A stretch of 64,000 bases of DNA from Verrucomicrobiota bacterium (GCA_030605125.1 JAUWBD010000002.1:13179-77178), one strand, 5' to 3'; positions 18,177-28,030 are shown, numbered from the stretch's first letter. Notes: generated by a model from the letters alone, not told the origin. Numbers and translations are program-made.

Positions 18177-20212
18177 TCGTCCCGCGTCTCGACTCCGCAC
18201 TCGCCTACGGCGGCGACTACAACCCCGAGCAATGGCCCGAAACCGTCTGGCCCGAGGACGCCCGCCTCATGCGCGAGGCCGGCGTCAATTTCGTCAGCCT
18301 CGGCATCTTCGCCTGGTCGCGTATCCAGCCCACGCCCACGACCTGGGACTTCGCCTGGCTCGACCGCGTGATGGACCTCCTCCACGCCCACGGTGTGCGC
18401 GTCTGCCTCGCCACCGCCACCGCCTCGCCGCCCGCGTGGATGGCGCGCCTTTACCCGGACTCGCTCCCCGTCACCGCCGACGGCGTGACGCTCCACTTCG
18501 GCTCGCGGCAGCAGTTCTCCCCCAGCTCGCCCGACTACCGCCGACACGCCGCCGCGCTCGTGCGCCGCCTCGCCCGCCGCTACGCCCGCCACCCCGCGCT
18601 CGCCACCTGGCACGTCGGCAACGAATTCGCCTGCCACATGAACGAGTGCCACGGCGAGCACAGCGTGCGCGCCTTCCGGGCGTGGTTGAAAAACAAATAC
18701 AAGACCCTCGCCGCGCTCAACGACGCCTGGGGCACCGCCTTCTGGAGCCAGATCTACGGCTCGTGGGACGAGATCCACACCCCGCGCCGCGCGCCCTTCA
18801 TCTCCAACCCATCCCAACTGCTCGATTTTCGCCGCTTCACCAGCGACGCCTTTCTCGAGCTCTACCGGATGGAGCGCGCCATCCTGAAGCGCGCCACGCC
18901 CGAGGTCCCGGTGACGACCAACCTCATGGCCTTCTTCAAGCCCCTCGACTACCGCGCCTGGGCGCGGGAGATGGATTTCGCCGCCTGGGACGCTTACCCC
19001 GACCCCGCGCTGCCCGACGAGGGCCGCCACTGGTCCGCCGTCGGCCACGATCTCACCCGCTCGCTCAAGCCCGGCCTGCCCTTCATCCAGATGGAGGCCG
19101 CCACCTCCGCGGTGAACTGGCGCGAGCTCAACCGCCCGAAGCCCGCCGGGCTCATGCGCCTCCAGAGCCTGCAAGCCCTCGCGCGCGGCGCCGACGGCGT
19201 GATGTTTTTCCAATGGCGCGCCTCCCTCTCCGGCGCCGAGAAATACCACAGCGCCATGGTGCCGCACGTCGGCGCGGAGCGCAGCCGCATCCACGACGAG
19301 GTGCGCCGCCTCGGCGCCGAGCTCAAAAAGCTCGCCCCGGTCGCCGGCTCGACCGTGCGCGCGCGCGTCGCCATCGTGATGGACTGGGAGGCCTGGTGGG
19401 CGCTCGAGCTCGAGGCCCGCCCCGTGCGCCTCGACTACATGGCGACGCTCCACGCCGTGCACCGCGCCTTCTACGCGCAAAATCACGCGGCGGACTTCGT
19501 CCACCCGGAGGCGGACCTCTCCGGCTACGCCCTCGTCGTCGCGCCCGTGCTCTACCTGCTCACCGCGAAGGGCGCTGCCAAGCTCGACGACTACGCGCGC
19601 CGCGGCGGCACCCTGCTCGCCACCTACGCCAGCGGGATCGTGGACGAGCACGAACGCGTCGTGCCCGGCGGCTACCCCGGCCTGCTCCGCGACACGCTCG
19701 GGGTCTGGGTCGAGGAGTGGGCGCCCCTGGGCGCGCGCTTCACCAACCGCCTGCGTTTCCGTCGCGATCGGGCCGCGCGCTCCGCGGCCGGAGAGCTTAG
19801 TTGCCGCGAATGGACCGAGCTTGTGCACGCCGAGCAGGCGGAGGTGCTCGCGACTTTCACCGACGATCTGCTCGCCGGCCGGCCCGCCCTCACGTGCAAC
19901 CAGGTCGGCCAAGGGCGCGCGTTCTACCTCGCGAGCGGACTCGACGCCGCCGGCTGGGACGCGCTCGCCGCGCGCCTCGCCGCCGAGCTCGGGCTCGAGC
20001 CGCCGCTCCAAGCCCCGCGCGATGTCGAGGTCTCGGAGCGGGTGGACGCCGAGGGCCGGCGACACGTTTTCATCCTCAACCATCGCCACGAGCCCGTCAC
20101 CGTTTCGCTCGCTGCCTTGCGCGGCACGGATCTCCTCACCGGCCGCCGCGTCGCGAAGCGCATCCGCCTCGCCGCCCTCGACGCCGCCGTGGTCGCGGCG
20201 GACGGCGCGTAG
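18173..20212 (+). CDS. Beta-galactosidase GH42
   Basis: YGGDYNPEQW, LGIFAWS, WHVGNEF, FIQME, FFQWR, GAEKYH; ATGA overlap. Confidence 0.95.
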   Translation: MIVPRLDSALAYGGDYNPEQWPETVWPEDARLMREAGVNFVSLGIFAWSRIQPTPTTWDFAWLDRVMDLLHAHGVRVCLATATASPPAWMARLYPDSLPVTADGVTLHFGSRQQFSPSSPDYRRHAAALVRRLARRYARHPALATWHVGNEFACHMNECHGEHSVRAFRAWLKNKYKTLAALNDAWGTAFWSQIYGSWDEIHTPRRAPFISNPSQLLDFRRFTSDAFLELYRMERAILKRATPEVPVTTNLMAFFKPLDYRAWAREMDFAAWDAYPDPALPDEGRHWSAVGHDLTRSLKPGLPFIQMEAATSAVNWRELNRPKPAGLMRLQSLQALARGADGVMFFQWRASLSGAEKYHSAMVPHVGAERSRIHDEVRRLGAELKKLAPVAGSTVRARVAIVMDWEAWWALELEARPVRLDYMATLHAVHRAFYAQNHAADFVHPEADLSGYALVVAPVLYLLTAKGAAKLDDYARRGGTLLATYASGIVDEHERVVPGGYPGLLRDTLGVWVEEWAPLGARFTNRLRFRRDRAARSAAGELSCREWTELVHAEQAEVLATFTDDLLAGRPALTCNQVGQGRAFYLASGLDAAGWDALAARLAAELGLEPPLQAPRDVEVSERVDAEGRRHVFILNHRHEPVTVSLAALRGTDLLTGRRVAKRIRLAALDAAVVAADGA

Positions 20213-20222
20213 CACCTCGCCT

Positions 20223-20248
20223 TGGAGGGACGCCGTCCCCGGCGTCCG
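20223..20248 (+). repeat. REP-like hairpin with GGAG head, copy 2
   Basis: Identical to 14449-14474; lies between convergent genes. Confidence 0.75.
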
Positions 20249-20259
20249 TTTGAGCGTTT

Positions 20260-23200
20260 TCAGCGCACGCGCAGCCGCAAAAACCGCGTCGGCGCCGTCA
20301 CCGTATCCGTCACGGTCACCGGGCCGGCCACGTTCTCCGCGCCGCTGCTGCTCCAGATCACGCTCCACGTCGCACCCGCGGCGAGCGAGCTGGTGGCCTC
20401 CACCTCATAGACGAGCGCCGGATCGGCGATGCGTTGAAAATTCAGCGTGAGACGTTCGCCCACCACCGACGCCGCGGGCGAGACCGTCGATCCATCCGCG
20501 CGCAAAGGATCCCCCCCGAGCGCATACTCGAGACGGTTCGGGAGCCCGTCGCCGTCCGGATCCGCGGTCGGGCCCGCGAGCGACTCGGCGGCGCCGCGGC
20601 CAAACCGCTCGTCGGTCCAGCGCTCGAACGGGCTGCGCGTGTCGGTGAGCGTGAGCACGATGCTCCCCGGCGCGATGGCGAAGCTTCCCGCCAGATAGGG
20701 CGTCGCGCTCGGCGGCGACCACTGGAGGTTCGGGTTGCCGGCAAGTGCGCCGGTGAAACTGAGCACGGTGTAGTCGCCCGCATCCAGCGCGCCGCCCAGA
20801 TCCTCGGCCACGACCGTGATGTTGCCGTTCAGCGTCGCGGCGCCCGCCAGCGCCGGGCCGCGCCGCCGCGCGGGCTCCACGCCCAGGGCGAGCCTCGCGC
20901 CGGAGGACAGGCTCACGGAGCCGCCCACCGCGCCCGGCCCGCCAAAGGTGGCGCCGCTCGCGACCGTGACCGCGGTGTTGCCCAGCGAACCGGTGACGAG
21001 CAGGCGCCCGGCGGACACGGTGGTGCTGCCCGTGTAGGTGTTGGCCCCGGCGAGCACCAGCCGGCCCGCGCCGGTTTTGGCGAGCGAGGTCGCCGCGTTG
21101 CCGTTGGTGATCGCGCCTGCGAAAACCGTGTCGGTGCCGCGCGCGCCGACGGTGTAGGCCACCGCGACGTTGTTTCCCGAACCCGATGCGCCCGACAACA
21201 CCGCGCCCGCCTCGCCGGAGAGCGAGCCGAGGGTGAAGGCCGTGCCGGAGCGGGCCGTGAGCGTGCGCGTGCCCAGATCGAAATCTGCGAGCGCCGAGCC
21301 TGAGCCGCCGAAGAAGCGGAAGGAGCCGACGCCGGCGAAGACCACCCGCCCCGCGAAGGAGGCGAGCGAGCCCTCGAGGTCGAAGACGCTGCTCGCATCG
21401 AGCGTGAGCACGCCCGCGCCGGAGACCGCGCGAATGCCGTGGTTGCCGCCCGAGTGGCCGCCCGAGATTTGCGCGACGCCGTCCACGATGATGGCGTTTT
21501 GCGGCGCGAGCGCGCCGGTCGCCCACACTCCGCCGCGCAAGGTCACGGCGCCGGTGCCGAGCGCCGAGGCGTGGCCGCTCGCCAGCACGCCCTCGTGCAG
21601 CGTGACGCCGCCGCCGTGGGTGTTGGCGTTGTGGATCGTGAGCGTGCCAGGGCCGCGCTTCACCAAGGCCGCCGCGCCGCCGAGCGAGCCCGTGCCGCCG
21701 AGCGCGCGCGGCTGCGAGATGTCCACCGTCAACGTGGACGGCGCGAGCGCGCCCGAGAGCTCGACGGTCGCGGTCGCGGAGCTGTCGTCGATCGTCACCG
21801 AGTCGCCGGTCACGAAGCTGATCGGCGTGCCGTCGTCGGCGCGCGCGAAGTTGACCGCGGCGCCGTCCCACACCGAGGAGACGGCGCCGGTCCAGCGCAC
21901 CGCGAGCGGTTCGCGCGGCGGCGGGACGGGGTCCGTCCGGATGTTCGGCATCGGCGGCGCGGCCATGCCGGCGCCGACGAAAAAACTCGGATGCGGCGGC
22001 TGGTTGTAGCCGACGTTTTGCCAGGCCAGCGCCACGCGATACTGCGGATCGTGCAGGAAGGTGCGGAGACGGTTGGTCGCGGGGATGGTCGTCGAGAAGA
22101 TCAGCAGCGCGGTGCTGTCGGCGTTGCGCCACACGACCTCCTCGCGCCAGTCGCCGAGGATGTCGCCGGATAGACCGGGCGTGTTTTTCGTGCCGTTGTT
22201 GGCCGTGGCGCCGTGCTGCCAGGCGGTGAGCAGATTGCTGCGGCCGGCGCTGAGGTGGTTCCACTTCGAGATCGTGGTGCCGTCGAGCAGCTCGCGCAGC
22301 GGGTCGGCGTCCCACCACACGCCGAAGTTGTAGAACATGTTCGAAGGCAGCGTGGCGATCACCTGCCCATCGGCGGCGTAGAGGTTGTTGTTGTTCGTCG
22401 CCCAGGCCTCGGCGCCGGGATAGCGCGGATCGATGTCCATCATCACGCCGCGGCCCACGTCGGCCGTGGCCGGCGTGGACCAGATGATCGCGCCGGTGGA
22501 GGCGTCGCGCAGCGCGGTGCCGATGCCGCCGTTCGAGCCGGGCGATTCGAAGGGCGAAAAAATCTCCTGCCCGGGCCGCGAGGGATCGAAGTCGGAAACG
22601 TGCAAGGCGTCCCCGTGGCCGAGCCTGCTGGTGTAGCGGCCGGTGCCGTCGGCGTTCACCGTCATCGCGCCGTAGATGATCTCCTGCCGCCCGTCGCCGT
22701 CCACGTCGGCGATCGAGAGCTGGTGGTTGCCCTGGCCGGCGTAGGTCGAGTTGTTGGCCGCGGAGAAGGTCCAGCGGCGTGTCAGGGCCCGGTCGCGCCA
22801 GTCCCACGCCACCAGGTGGGTCTGGGTGTAGTAGCCGCGCGCCATGATGAGCGAGGGCCGCTCGCCATCGAGGTAGGCGACGCCTGCCACGAAGCGGTCC
22901 ACGCGGTTGCCGTAGCTGTCGCCCCAGTCCGACACCGTGCCGCGCCCCGGCAGATAGGCGGTGGTGGCGAGCGCCCGGCCCGTGAGCCCGTCGAAGATCG
23001 TGAGGTATTCCGGGCCGGAGAGGATGTAGCCGCTTGAGTTGCGGTAATCGGCGCTCGCGCTGTCGCCCGCCATCAACACCGGGTCGCCGCGGCCGTCGAT
23101 CGTGCCGGGGGCGGTTTTCACCGCGAGCTCGGCGCGCCCGTCGCTGTCGAGATCGTAGGCGATGAACTGCGTGTAGTGCGCGCCGGCGCGGATGTTTCGC

Positions 23201-23829
23201 CCGAGGTCGATGCGCCAGAGCCGCGTGCCGTCGAGCTTGTAGCCGTCGAGCAGGACGTTGCCGGTGTAGCCGGACTGGGAGTTGTCCTTCGCGTTCGAGG
23301 GCTCCCACTTCACCACGAGGTCGAGCTCGCCATCGCCATCGAGATCGGCGGGCGCGAGGTCGTTGGCCGAGTAGGTGTAGCTCTCGCCGCTCGGCGTCAC
23401 GCCGCCCGGCGGCGGCTGGATCGGCACCGAGAGGAAAGGCTGCGCGGGCGCGTCGGGCGGAAGCGCGAAAGACGCCGACGCGGTCTGCTCCACCCCGCCG
23501 AGCACCGGACGCACAAAATAGGAGACGCCGGCGGCGAGCGCGGCCGAGCCAGGGGTGTCGCGGTAGTCGGTGGTCGTAGCCAGCGGCGAGGAGTTGAGCT
23601 TCACCGGGACGCCCCCACCGACCGAACGGTAGAGGTTGAACGCGATCGCGTCCGGATCGGTGCCGAGCATCCGCCAGCCCACGTGTGTAGTGGTGGCGCT
23701 AATACGGATGGCGACCACGCCCCGGCCGAGGTTCTCCATCCGCGCCTGCCCCCTGGCGAGGGCCGCGGCCAGCACGGAGAAGGAAAGCCAGAGGCAAAGC
23801 GACGCGAGGCGACGGCGTGGGGAAAACAT
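20260..23829 (-). CDS. PL11 rhamnogalacturonan lyase (paralog 2) + autotransporter-associated beta-strand repeats + conserved C-terminal domain
   Basis: PL11 motifs in the N-terminal ~640 aa; LVKRGPGTLTIHNANTHGGG and LAKTGAGRLVLAGANTYTGST repeats; DPDGDGLPNRLEYALG...TRFLRLRVR C-terminus. Confidence 0.9.
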   Translation of the reverse strand: MFSPRRRLASLCLWLSFSVLAAALARGQARMENLGRGVVAIRISATTTHVGWRMLGTDPDAIAFNLYRSVGGGVPVKLNSSPLATTTDYRDTPGSAALAAGVSYFVRPVLGGVEQTASASFALPPDAPAQPFLSVPIQPPPGGVTPSGESYTYSANDLAPADLDGDGELDLVVKWEPSNAKDNSQSGYTGNVLLDGYKLDGTRLWRIDLGRNIRAGAHYTQFIAYDLDSDGRAELAVKTAPGTIDGRGDPVLMAGDSASADYRNSSGYILSGPEYLTIFDGLTGRALATTAYLPGRGTVSDWGDSYGNRVDRFVAGVAYLDGERPSLIMARGYYTQTHLVAWDWRDRALTRRWTFSAANNSTYAGQGNHQLSIADVDGDGRQEIIYGAMTVNADGTGRYTSRLGHGDALHVSDFDPSRPGQEIFSPFESPGSNGGIGTALRDASTGAIIWSTPATADVGRGVMMDIDPRYPGAEAWATNNNNLYAADGQVIATLPSNMFYNFGVWWDADPLRELLDGTTISKWNHLSAGRSNLLTAWQHGATANNGTKNTPGLSGDILGDWREEVVWRNADSTALLIFSTTIPATNRLRTFLHDPQYRVALAWQNVGYNQPPHPSFFVGAGMAAPPMPNIRTDPVPPPREPLAVRWTGAVSSVWDGAAVNFARADDGTPISFVTGDSVTIDDSSATATVELSGALAPSTLTVDISQPRALGGTGSLGGAAALVKRGPGTLTIHNANTHGGGVTLHEGVLASGHASALGTGAVTLRGGVWATGALAPQNAIIVDGVAQISGGHSGGNHGIRAVSGAGVLTLDASSVFDLEGSLASFAGRVVFAGVGSFRFFGGSGSALADFDLGTRTLTARSGTAFTLGSLSGEAGAVLSGASGSGNNVAVAYTVGARGTDTVFAGAITNGNAATSLAKTGAGRLVLAGANTYTGSTTVSAGRLLVTGSLGNTAVTVASGATFGGPGAVGGSVSLSSGARLALGVEPARRRGPALAGAATLNGNITVVAEDLGGALDAGDYTVLSFTGALAGNPNLQWSPPSATPYLAGSFAIAPGSIVLTLTDTRSPFERWTDERFGRGAAESLAGPTADPDGDGLPNRLEYALGGDPLRADGSTVSPAASVVGERLTLNFQRIADPALVYEVEATSSLAAGATWSVIWSSSGAENVAGPVTVTDTVTAPTRFLRLRVR

Positions 23830-23893
23830 GGGGCGCGGGGAAGGGGTTGACGCCACACAGCCCGATCCCGCGCCCGCGCCAAGCCGGCCCGAT

Positions 23894-23906
23894 TATGACA
23901 GTAAGC
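23894..23906. promoter_or_regulatory. Operator-like palindrome (motif A)
   Basis: TATGAC-A-GTAAGC upstream of PL11 paralog 2. Confidence 0.45.
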
Positions 23907-24003
23907 GAGCCATGCGCTTCGCGGCCGCGCGCGACGCCGACGCGTCCGACCGCCTTTGATGTTTCGTCCCGTCGGTTGCGCTTTTGGTCCCTTAAGCGCC
24001 GGA

Positions 24004-24016
24004 TCTTACTGTCAGC
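24004..24016. promoter_or_regulatory. Operator-like palindrome (motif A)
   Basis: TCTTAC-T-GTCAGC upstream of the 24077 gene and the PEP-CTERM gene. Confidence 0.55.
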
Positions 24017-24076
24017 TCCAAAGCGTTTCGCCTCGCGTGCCCTTGATGTGCGGTGCTGGCCCCGCCCCACCCCGAC

Positions 24077-24463
24077 ATGCGCTTTCGTCTCTTCGCGCTT
24101 CTCTGCGCCTTCGCCCTTCCCGCGGTCGCCCAGACCACCTTCGTCAACCCCGCCAAGCCCGGCTCGCCCGAGGCCGCCACCGTCGGCAGCTTGGAAATCG
24201 CCCGCACCGGCAAGGAGGTCCTGCTCACCTGGACCCTGCCGGAGGGCGAGATTCGCATGATCGAGATCATGCGGCACACCAGCCCGCAGGCTCCCGGCCG
24301 CGGCCGTGTCGCCGGCGTCCGCCCCGAGCCGCCGATCTTCGCCGACACCGTGCCCGATGAGCAGGCGATCTACTGGTATTGGCTCAAGATCACCCGCCCC
24401 AACGGCCTGGTGCTCAACATCGGCCCCGTGCCCACGCCCGAGTCCTCCGTCTGGACGCCGTGA
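24077..24463 (+). CDS. Small secreted Fn3-like beta-sandwich protein
   Basis: Signal peptide MRFRLFALLCAFALPAVAQ; VLLTW..IEIMRHT..FADTVPD..YWYWLK pattern resembles Fn3-like accessory domains. Confidence 0.65.
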   Translation: MRFRLFALLCAFALPAVAQTTFVNPAKPGSPEAATVGSLEIARTGKEVLLTWTLPEGEIRMIEIMRHTSPQAPGRGRVAGVRPEPPIFADTVPDEQAIYWYWLKITRPNGLVLNIGPVPTPESSVWTP

Positions 24464-24519
24464 CCACCCGCCCGGCCGCGCCCCCTCTCTTCCGTCCTAG
24501 CATCAACCTCCACCACCCC

Positions 24520-26253
24520 ATGAACCCCGCGAAACACAACACGCACTCCCTCCGCCTCCGCAGCCGACTCGTCACCACGCTGGTCGTCGCGATGGCCGCC
24601 CAGGCGCACGCCGCCGACGGCACCTGGATCGGCACCACCGCCGGCAACTGGTCCGATACCGCCAACTGGACCGACGGCATCGTCGCAGGAGCGACGACCG
24701 GCACCACCAGCGCCGACATCGCGTCCTTCCCCGTCGGCTCCGCCATCGGCGCCGTCACCGTCGATGCCAATCGCAACATCTCCGGCATGACCATCAGCGG
24801 CTCGGTCGGCACGCCCGCCACACTCTCCTTCACCGGCGGCTCCTTCCTGCTCAGCAGCGGCGGCAAGATCGAGGCCACCTCCACCGGCGGCAACGTCACC
24901 ATCGGGACGCCGATGACGATCCAGGGCAACGGCGGCAGCTACACCCTCAGCACCAGCACCCCGGGCACTAACCGTAACTTCAACATCACCGCCGCCATCA
25001 GCGGCGTCTCGACCACAGGTAACACCACCACGCTCAACCTCGAGGGCACCTCCACCGCGCTCAACACAATCAGCGGCGTGATCAGCGACGGCACGGGTGG
25101 AGGTCGCCTCGCGGTCAACAAGTCCGGCACGGGCCAGTGGACCATCAACGGCGCCACCTTCACCGGCGGCCTCACCGTCACCGGCGGCACGATCCGCACG
25201 GCCAACTCCGGCAACACCTCGCTCCAGCTCGGCAGCGGCCAGATCACCTTGGACGGCGGCTCCCTCACGCTCGGCTCCACCGGCGCCACCAACCTCGACA
25301 ACGCGCTCTCGGTCGGCGCCGGCGGCGGCAACATCACCTTCCGCTCCAACCACAGCTTCAACCCCTCCGCCCTCACCGGCACCGGCACGCTCAATCTCTT
25401 CCACTCGAACAGCGCCGGCACCGTCATCACCACCAACGACCTGAGGGATTTCGCCGGCAACATCGCGCTCAACCAGAACGGCGCCAACAGCCTCGCGATC
25501 CGCCTGGGCAACACGGCCAACTACGCCTCCGGTCGCAACGCCGGCTTCATCCTCAACGCCAACACCTCGATCATCACGCAGGCCGGCACCAACGGGGCGT
25601 TTACCATCGAGCTCGGCGCGCTCTCCGGCGCGGCCGGCTCCTCCATCGGCGGCTCGGGCGCGGGCACCGGTATCTTCACCTACCAGATCGGCAACCGCGG
25701 CGAAAACACCACCTTCGCCGGCAACATCGTGAACGGCGGATCGCGCACCGGCCTCGCCAAGGTCGGCGCCGGCTCGCTCACGCTCACCGGCACCGGGCAT
25801 ACCTTCAACGGCGGCATCACGATCAACGGCGGCTCGATCGTGCTCGGCGGTAACGGCCTCCTGCCCGACGCCAACAACCTCGTGCTCGGCGGCGGCAAGC
25901 TCGACCTCGCCGGCTTCTCCGAGACGCTCGCCGACCTCAGCCTCGTGGCGGACACCGTCTCCACCATCGACTTCGGCGCCGGCGCCTCGACCTTCTTCGT
26001 CAACAGTGTCGTCGGCACCGGAGCGCTCTCCGTGCTCAACTGGACCTCCGGCTCCGATCTCTTCCGCGTGGGTGCCGATCCCACCGCGCTGCTCCCGCAG
26101 ATCACGATCAACGGCCTCGCCGCGCAGGCCTCGTTCAACGGCGGGCTCAACGTCTGGGAGCTAAGCGCCATCCCCGAGCCCTCCGCCTTCGCCGCCCTCG
26201 CCGGTCTCGGCGCCCTCGGCTGCGCCGCGCTCCGCCGCCGCCGCCGCGCCTGA
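24520..26253 (+). CDS. PEP-CTERM surface protein with autotransporter-associated beta-strand repeats
   Basis: Signal peptide; G/T/N/S-rich; NKSGTGQWT and AKVGAGSLTLTG repeats; C-terminal IPEPSAFAALAGLGALGCAALRRRRRA. Confidence 0.95.
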   Translation: MNPAKHNTHSLRLRSRLVTTLVVAMAAQAHAADGTWIGTTAGNWSDTANWTDGIVAGATTGTTSADIASFPVGSAIGAVTVDANRNISGMTISGSVGTPATLSFTGGSFLLSSGGKIEATSTGGNVTIGTPMTIQGNGGSYTLSTSTPGTNRNFNITAAISGVSTTGNTTTLNLEGTSTALNTISGVISDGTGGGRLAVNKSGTGQWTINGATFTGGLTVTGGTIRTANSGNTSLQLGSGQITLDGGSLTLGSTGATNLDNALSVGAGGGNITFRSNHSFNPSALTGTGTLNLFHSNSAGTVITTNDLRDFAGNIALNQNGANSLAIRLGNTANYASGRNAGFILNANTSIITQAGTNGAFTIELGALSGAAGSSIGGSGAGTGIFTYQIGNRGENTTFAGNIVNGGSRTGLAKVGAGSLTLTGTGHTFNGGITINGGSIVLGGNGLLPDANNLVLGGGKLDLAGFSETLADLSLVADTVSTIDFGAGASTFFVNSVVGTGALSVLNWTSGSDLFRVGADPTALLPQITINGLAAQASFNGGLNVWELSAIPEPSAFAALAGLGALGCAALRRRRRA

Positions 26254-26278
26254 GCCTCGCCCGTTTTTCGATTTGGTC

Positions 26279-26313
26279 AAAGAGCCCGCGTCGCGAGACG
26301 CGGGCTCTTTTTT
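26279..26313. terminator. Bidirectional intrinsic terminator
   Basis: AAAGAGCCCGCGTC-GCGA-GACGCGGGCTCTTT-TTT between convergent genes. Confidence 0.9.
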
Positions 26314-26314
26314 G

Positions 26315-27247
26315 TCAATTCGCCGCCGCCCGCCGCCCGGCCCGCGGCGTCGCCCGCAAGGCCGCCGGGTCCACCCGCGCGATCAGGCGCTTCACCTGCT
26401 CCTCCGGCCGCTCCTTGCCCGCCACCTGCGTGCGCCACTCGTTGGGATAAACCTTGAAGCGCCGCTTGAAAACCCGGCACAGGTCGCTCGCGCTGTTGAA
26501 ACCGCTGCGACGCGAGATCACGTCGAGCGTGTCGCCCGTGTTGGCCAGCAACTGCGCCGCGCGCTCCAGGCGCAGTTGCGTGAGCACGAGGTGCGGGCTC
26601 TTGCCGTAAACCAGGCGGAACTGGCGGCGTAGGTGCGCCACGGATACATGCACCACCTCCGCCAGCGCGTCGAGCGTGGGCCGCTCGTGCAGATGCGAGA
26701 GATACCACTCCGTCGCGCGCTCCACCCGCTCCACCGCGACCGTCTCGAGCGGAAGCGCCGCGCCAAAGTCCCTCCCCCGCAACAGCAGCAGGCTGAGGTC
26801 TATCAGCGCGCGATCGAAGAGCAGCAAAGAGGCTGGCGTCGGCGAGCGGTAGTGCGGCTCGATCGATTTGCCGAGCTGACGGACCATGTCCGCCTCCTCC
26901 GGCTCGAGCGCCATGCTCAGGTGCCCGTGCTCCGCGCAGGCCTCGCGGATCACGTCCGGCACCGTCGAGAAGTGAAAGACCGCGCGGTCGATCTTGCGTC
27001 GCGATTCCCAGCCGTGCGCGCGCTCCGGCGGGAAGACCCACAGCATCGGAGCGCGCTCGAACTTGCCCTCCTCGAAGCCCTCGCCCGTCGGTCGCAGCGA
27101 GCCTTTCAAGCAGGCGTAGAATTCCCAGTTGAAACGCGTCATCTCCGCCACCGGAGCGCTCGAGAGATCCTTTGGCCCGTGGGCAATATAGCGTAGCATG
27201 GGAGGGTAACTGCGCAGAATTCCGCCCGGTATGAGCGATTTTGTCAA
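26315..27247 (-). CDS. AraC-family transcriptional regulator (start may be 27199)
   Basis: RFNWEFY cupin; PTLDALAEVVHVSVAHLRRQF..GFNSASDLCRVFKRRFKVYP HTH pair. Confidence 0.9.
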   Translation of the reverse strand: MTKSLIPGGILRSYPPMLRYIAHGPKDLSSAPVAEMTRFNWEFYACLKGSLRPTGEGFEEGKFERAPMLWVFPPERAHGWESRRKIDRAVFHFSTVPDVIREACAEHGHLSMALEPEEADMVRQLGKSIEPHYRSPTPASLLLFDRALIDLSLLLLRGRDFGAALPLETVAVERVERATEWYLSHLHERPTLDALAEVVHVSVAHLRRQFRLVYGKSPHLVLTQLRLERAAQLLANTGDTLDVISRRSGFNSASDLCRVFKRRFKVYPNEWRTQVAGKERPEEQVKRLIARVDPAALRATPRAGRRAAAN

Positions 27248-27264
27248 TGAGAAGCGCGGCCCCC

Positions 27265-27301
27265 GCTCTTGGATACGTAGGCTCTTGGATGTTCTCTGGA
27301 C
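27265..27301 (+). promoter_or_regulatory. Direct repeats in the AraC/pilin-like divergent spacer
   Basis: GCTCTTGGAT at 27265-27274 and 27281-27290, partial TCTCTGGAC at 27293-27301. Confidence 0.4.
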
Positions 27302-27316
27302 GCATCCCCTAACAAC

Positions 27317-28030
27317 ATGTCCTCGACCCCTCGCCCCGTGTCCCTCCGCCCCGCCGCCGCCCGCTCCGGCTTCACCCTCATCGAGCTGCTTACGGTGATC
27401 GCCATCATCGGCATCCTCGCCGCCATTCTCATCCCCACCGTCGGCAAGGTCCGCAAGACCGCCAAGAGCGCGCAGTGTGCCTCAAATCTCCGCCAGTGGG
27501 GTCAAGCGATCAACCTCTACTCAAACGACAACAAGGGCACCTACTTTATCCAGGGCCGCTGGCCCGATCCGACATCACCAAACTCTCTCGGCTGGGCCTC
27601 CGCCGTTTCCGATCCGGAGTTATGGCCCTACGGCCGCTACCTCTCTGCATCCACCAACGCGTTCAACCTGCGTTTCTGTCCGCTCTACACGAAGCCCTTC
27701 ACTGGTAACAATCCGGTATCCTACGCCATCACGCGCCCGCGAACCGGCAACACGATAGCCCCCGACACCCGCAACGCACCCTTCCGGCAGATCCGCACGC
27801 CCTCGCAGTTTCTTCTCCTCATCGACAGCGATCCCGCGCTGATCTCCACCACCATCTGGGTCTCCAGCCTGAGCGACGCCAACGCTCGCGTGCTCCCCAC
27901 GCTCTCCAATGCCGAGGATGACCGTCACGAAGGCGGCCTCAACGCTCTCTTCGCCGACGGCCACGTGAAACGCCTCACCGCCGCCGACGTCATCGCCCGA
28001 GGCGACATGGCTTATCGCACCGACAACTGA
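27317..28030 (+). CDS. Prepilin-type N-terminal cleavage/methylation protein with C-terminal H-X9-DG motif
   Basis: SG|FTLIELLTVIAIIGILAAILIPTVGKVR (G-1, F+1, E+5), CASNLRQW, RH-EGGLNALFA-DGHVK. Confidence 0.93.
   Translation: MSSTPRPVSLRPAAARSGFTLIELLTVIAIIGILAAILIPTVGKVRKTAKSAQCASNLRQWGQAINLYSNDNKGTYFIQGRWPDPTSPNSLGWASAVSDPELWPYGRYLSASTNAFNLRFCPLYTKPFTGNNPVSYAITRPRTGNTIAPDTRNAPFRQIRTPSQFLLLIDSDPALISTTIWVSSLSDANARVLPTLSNAEDDRHEGGLNALFADGHVKRLTAADVIARGDMAYRTDN

Noticed and set aside
20260-26253. Classical type V autotransporters
   Set aside because: Passenger-associated repeats are present, but no C-terminal beta-barrel ending in an aromatic residue
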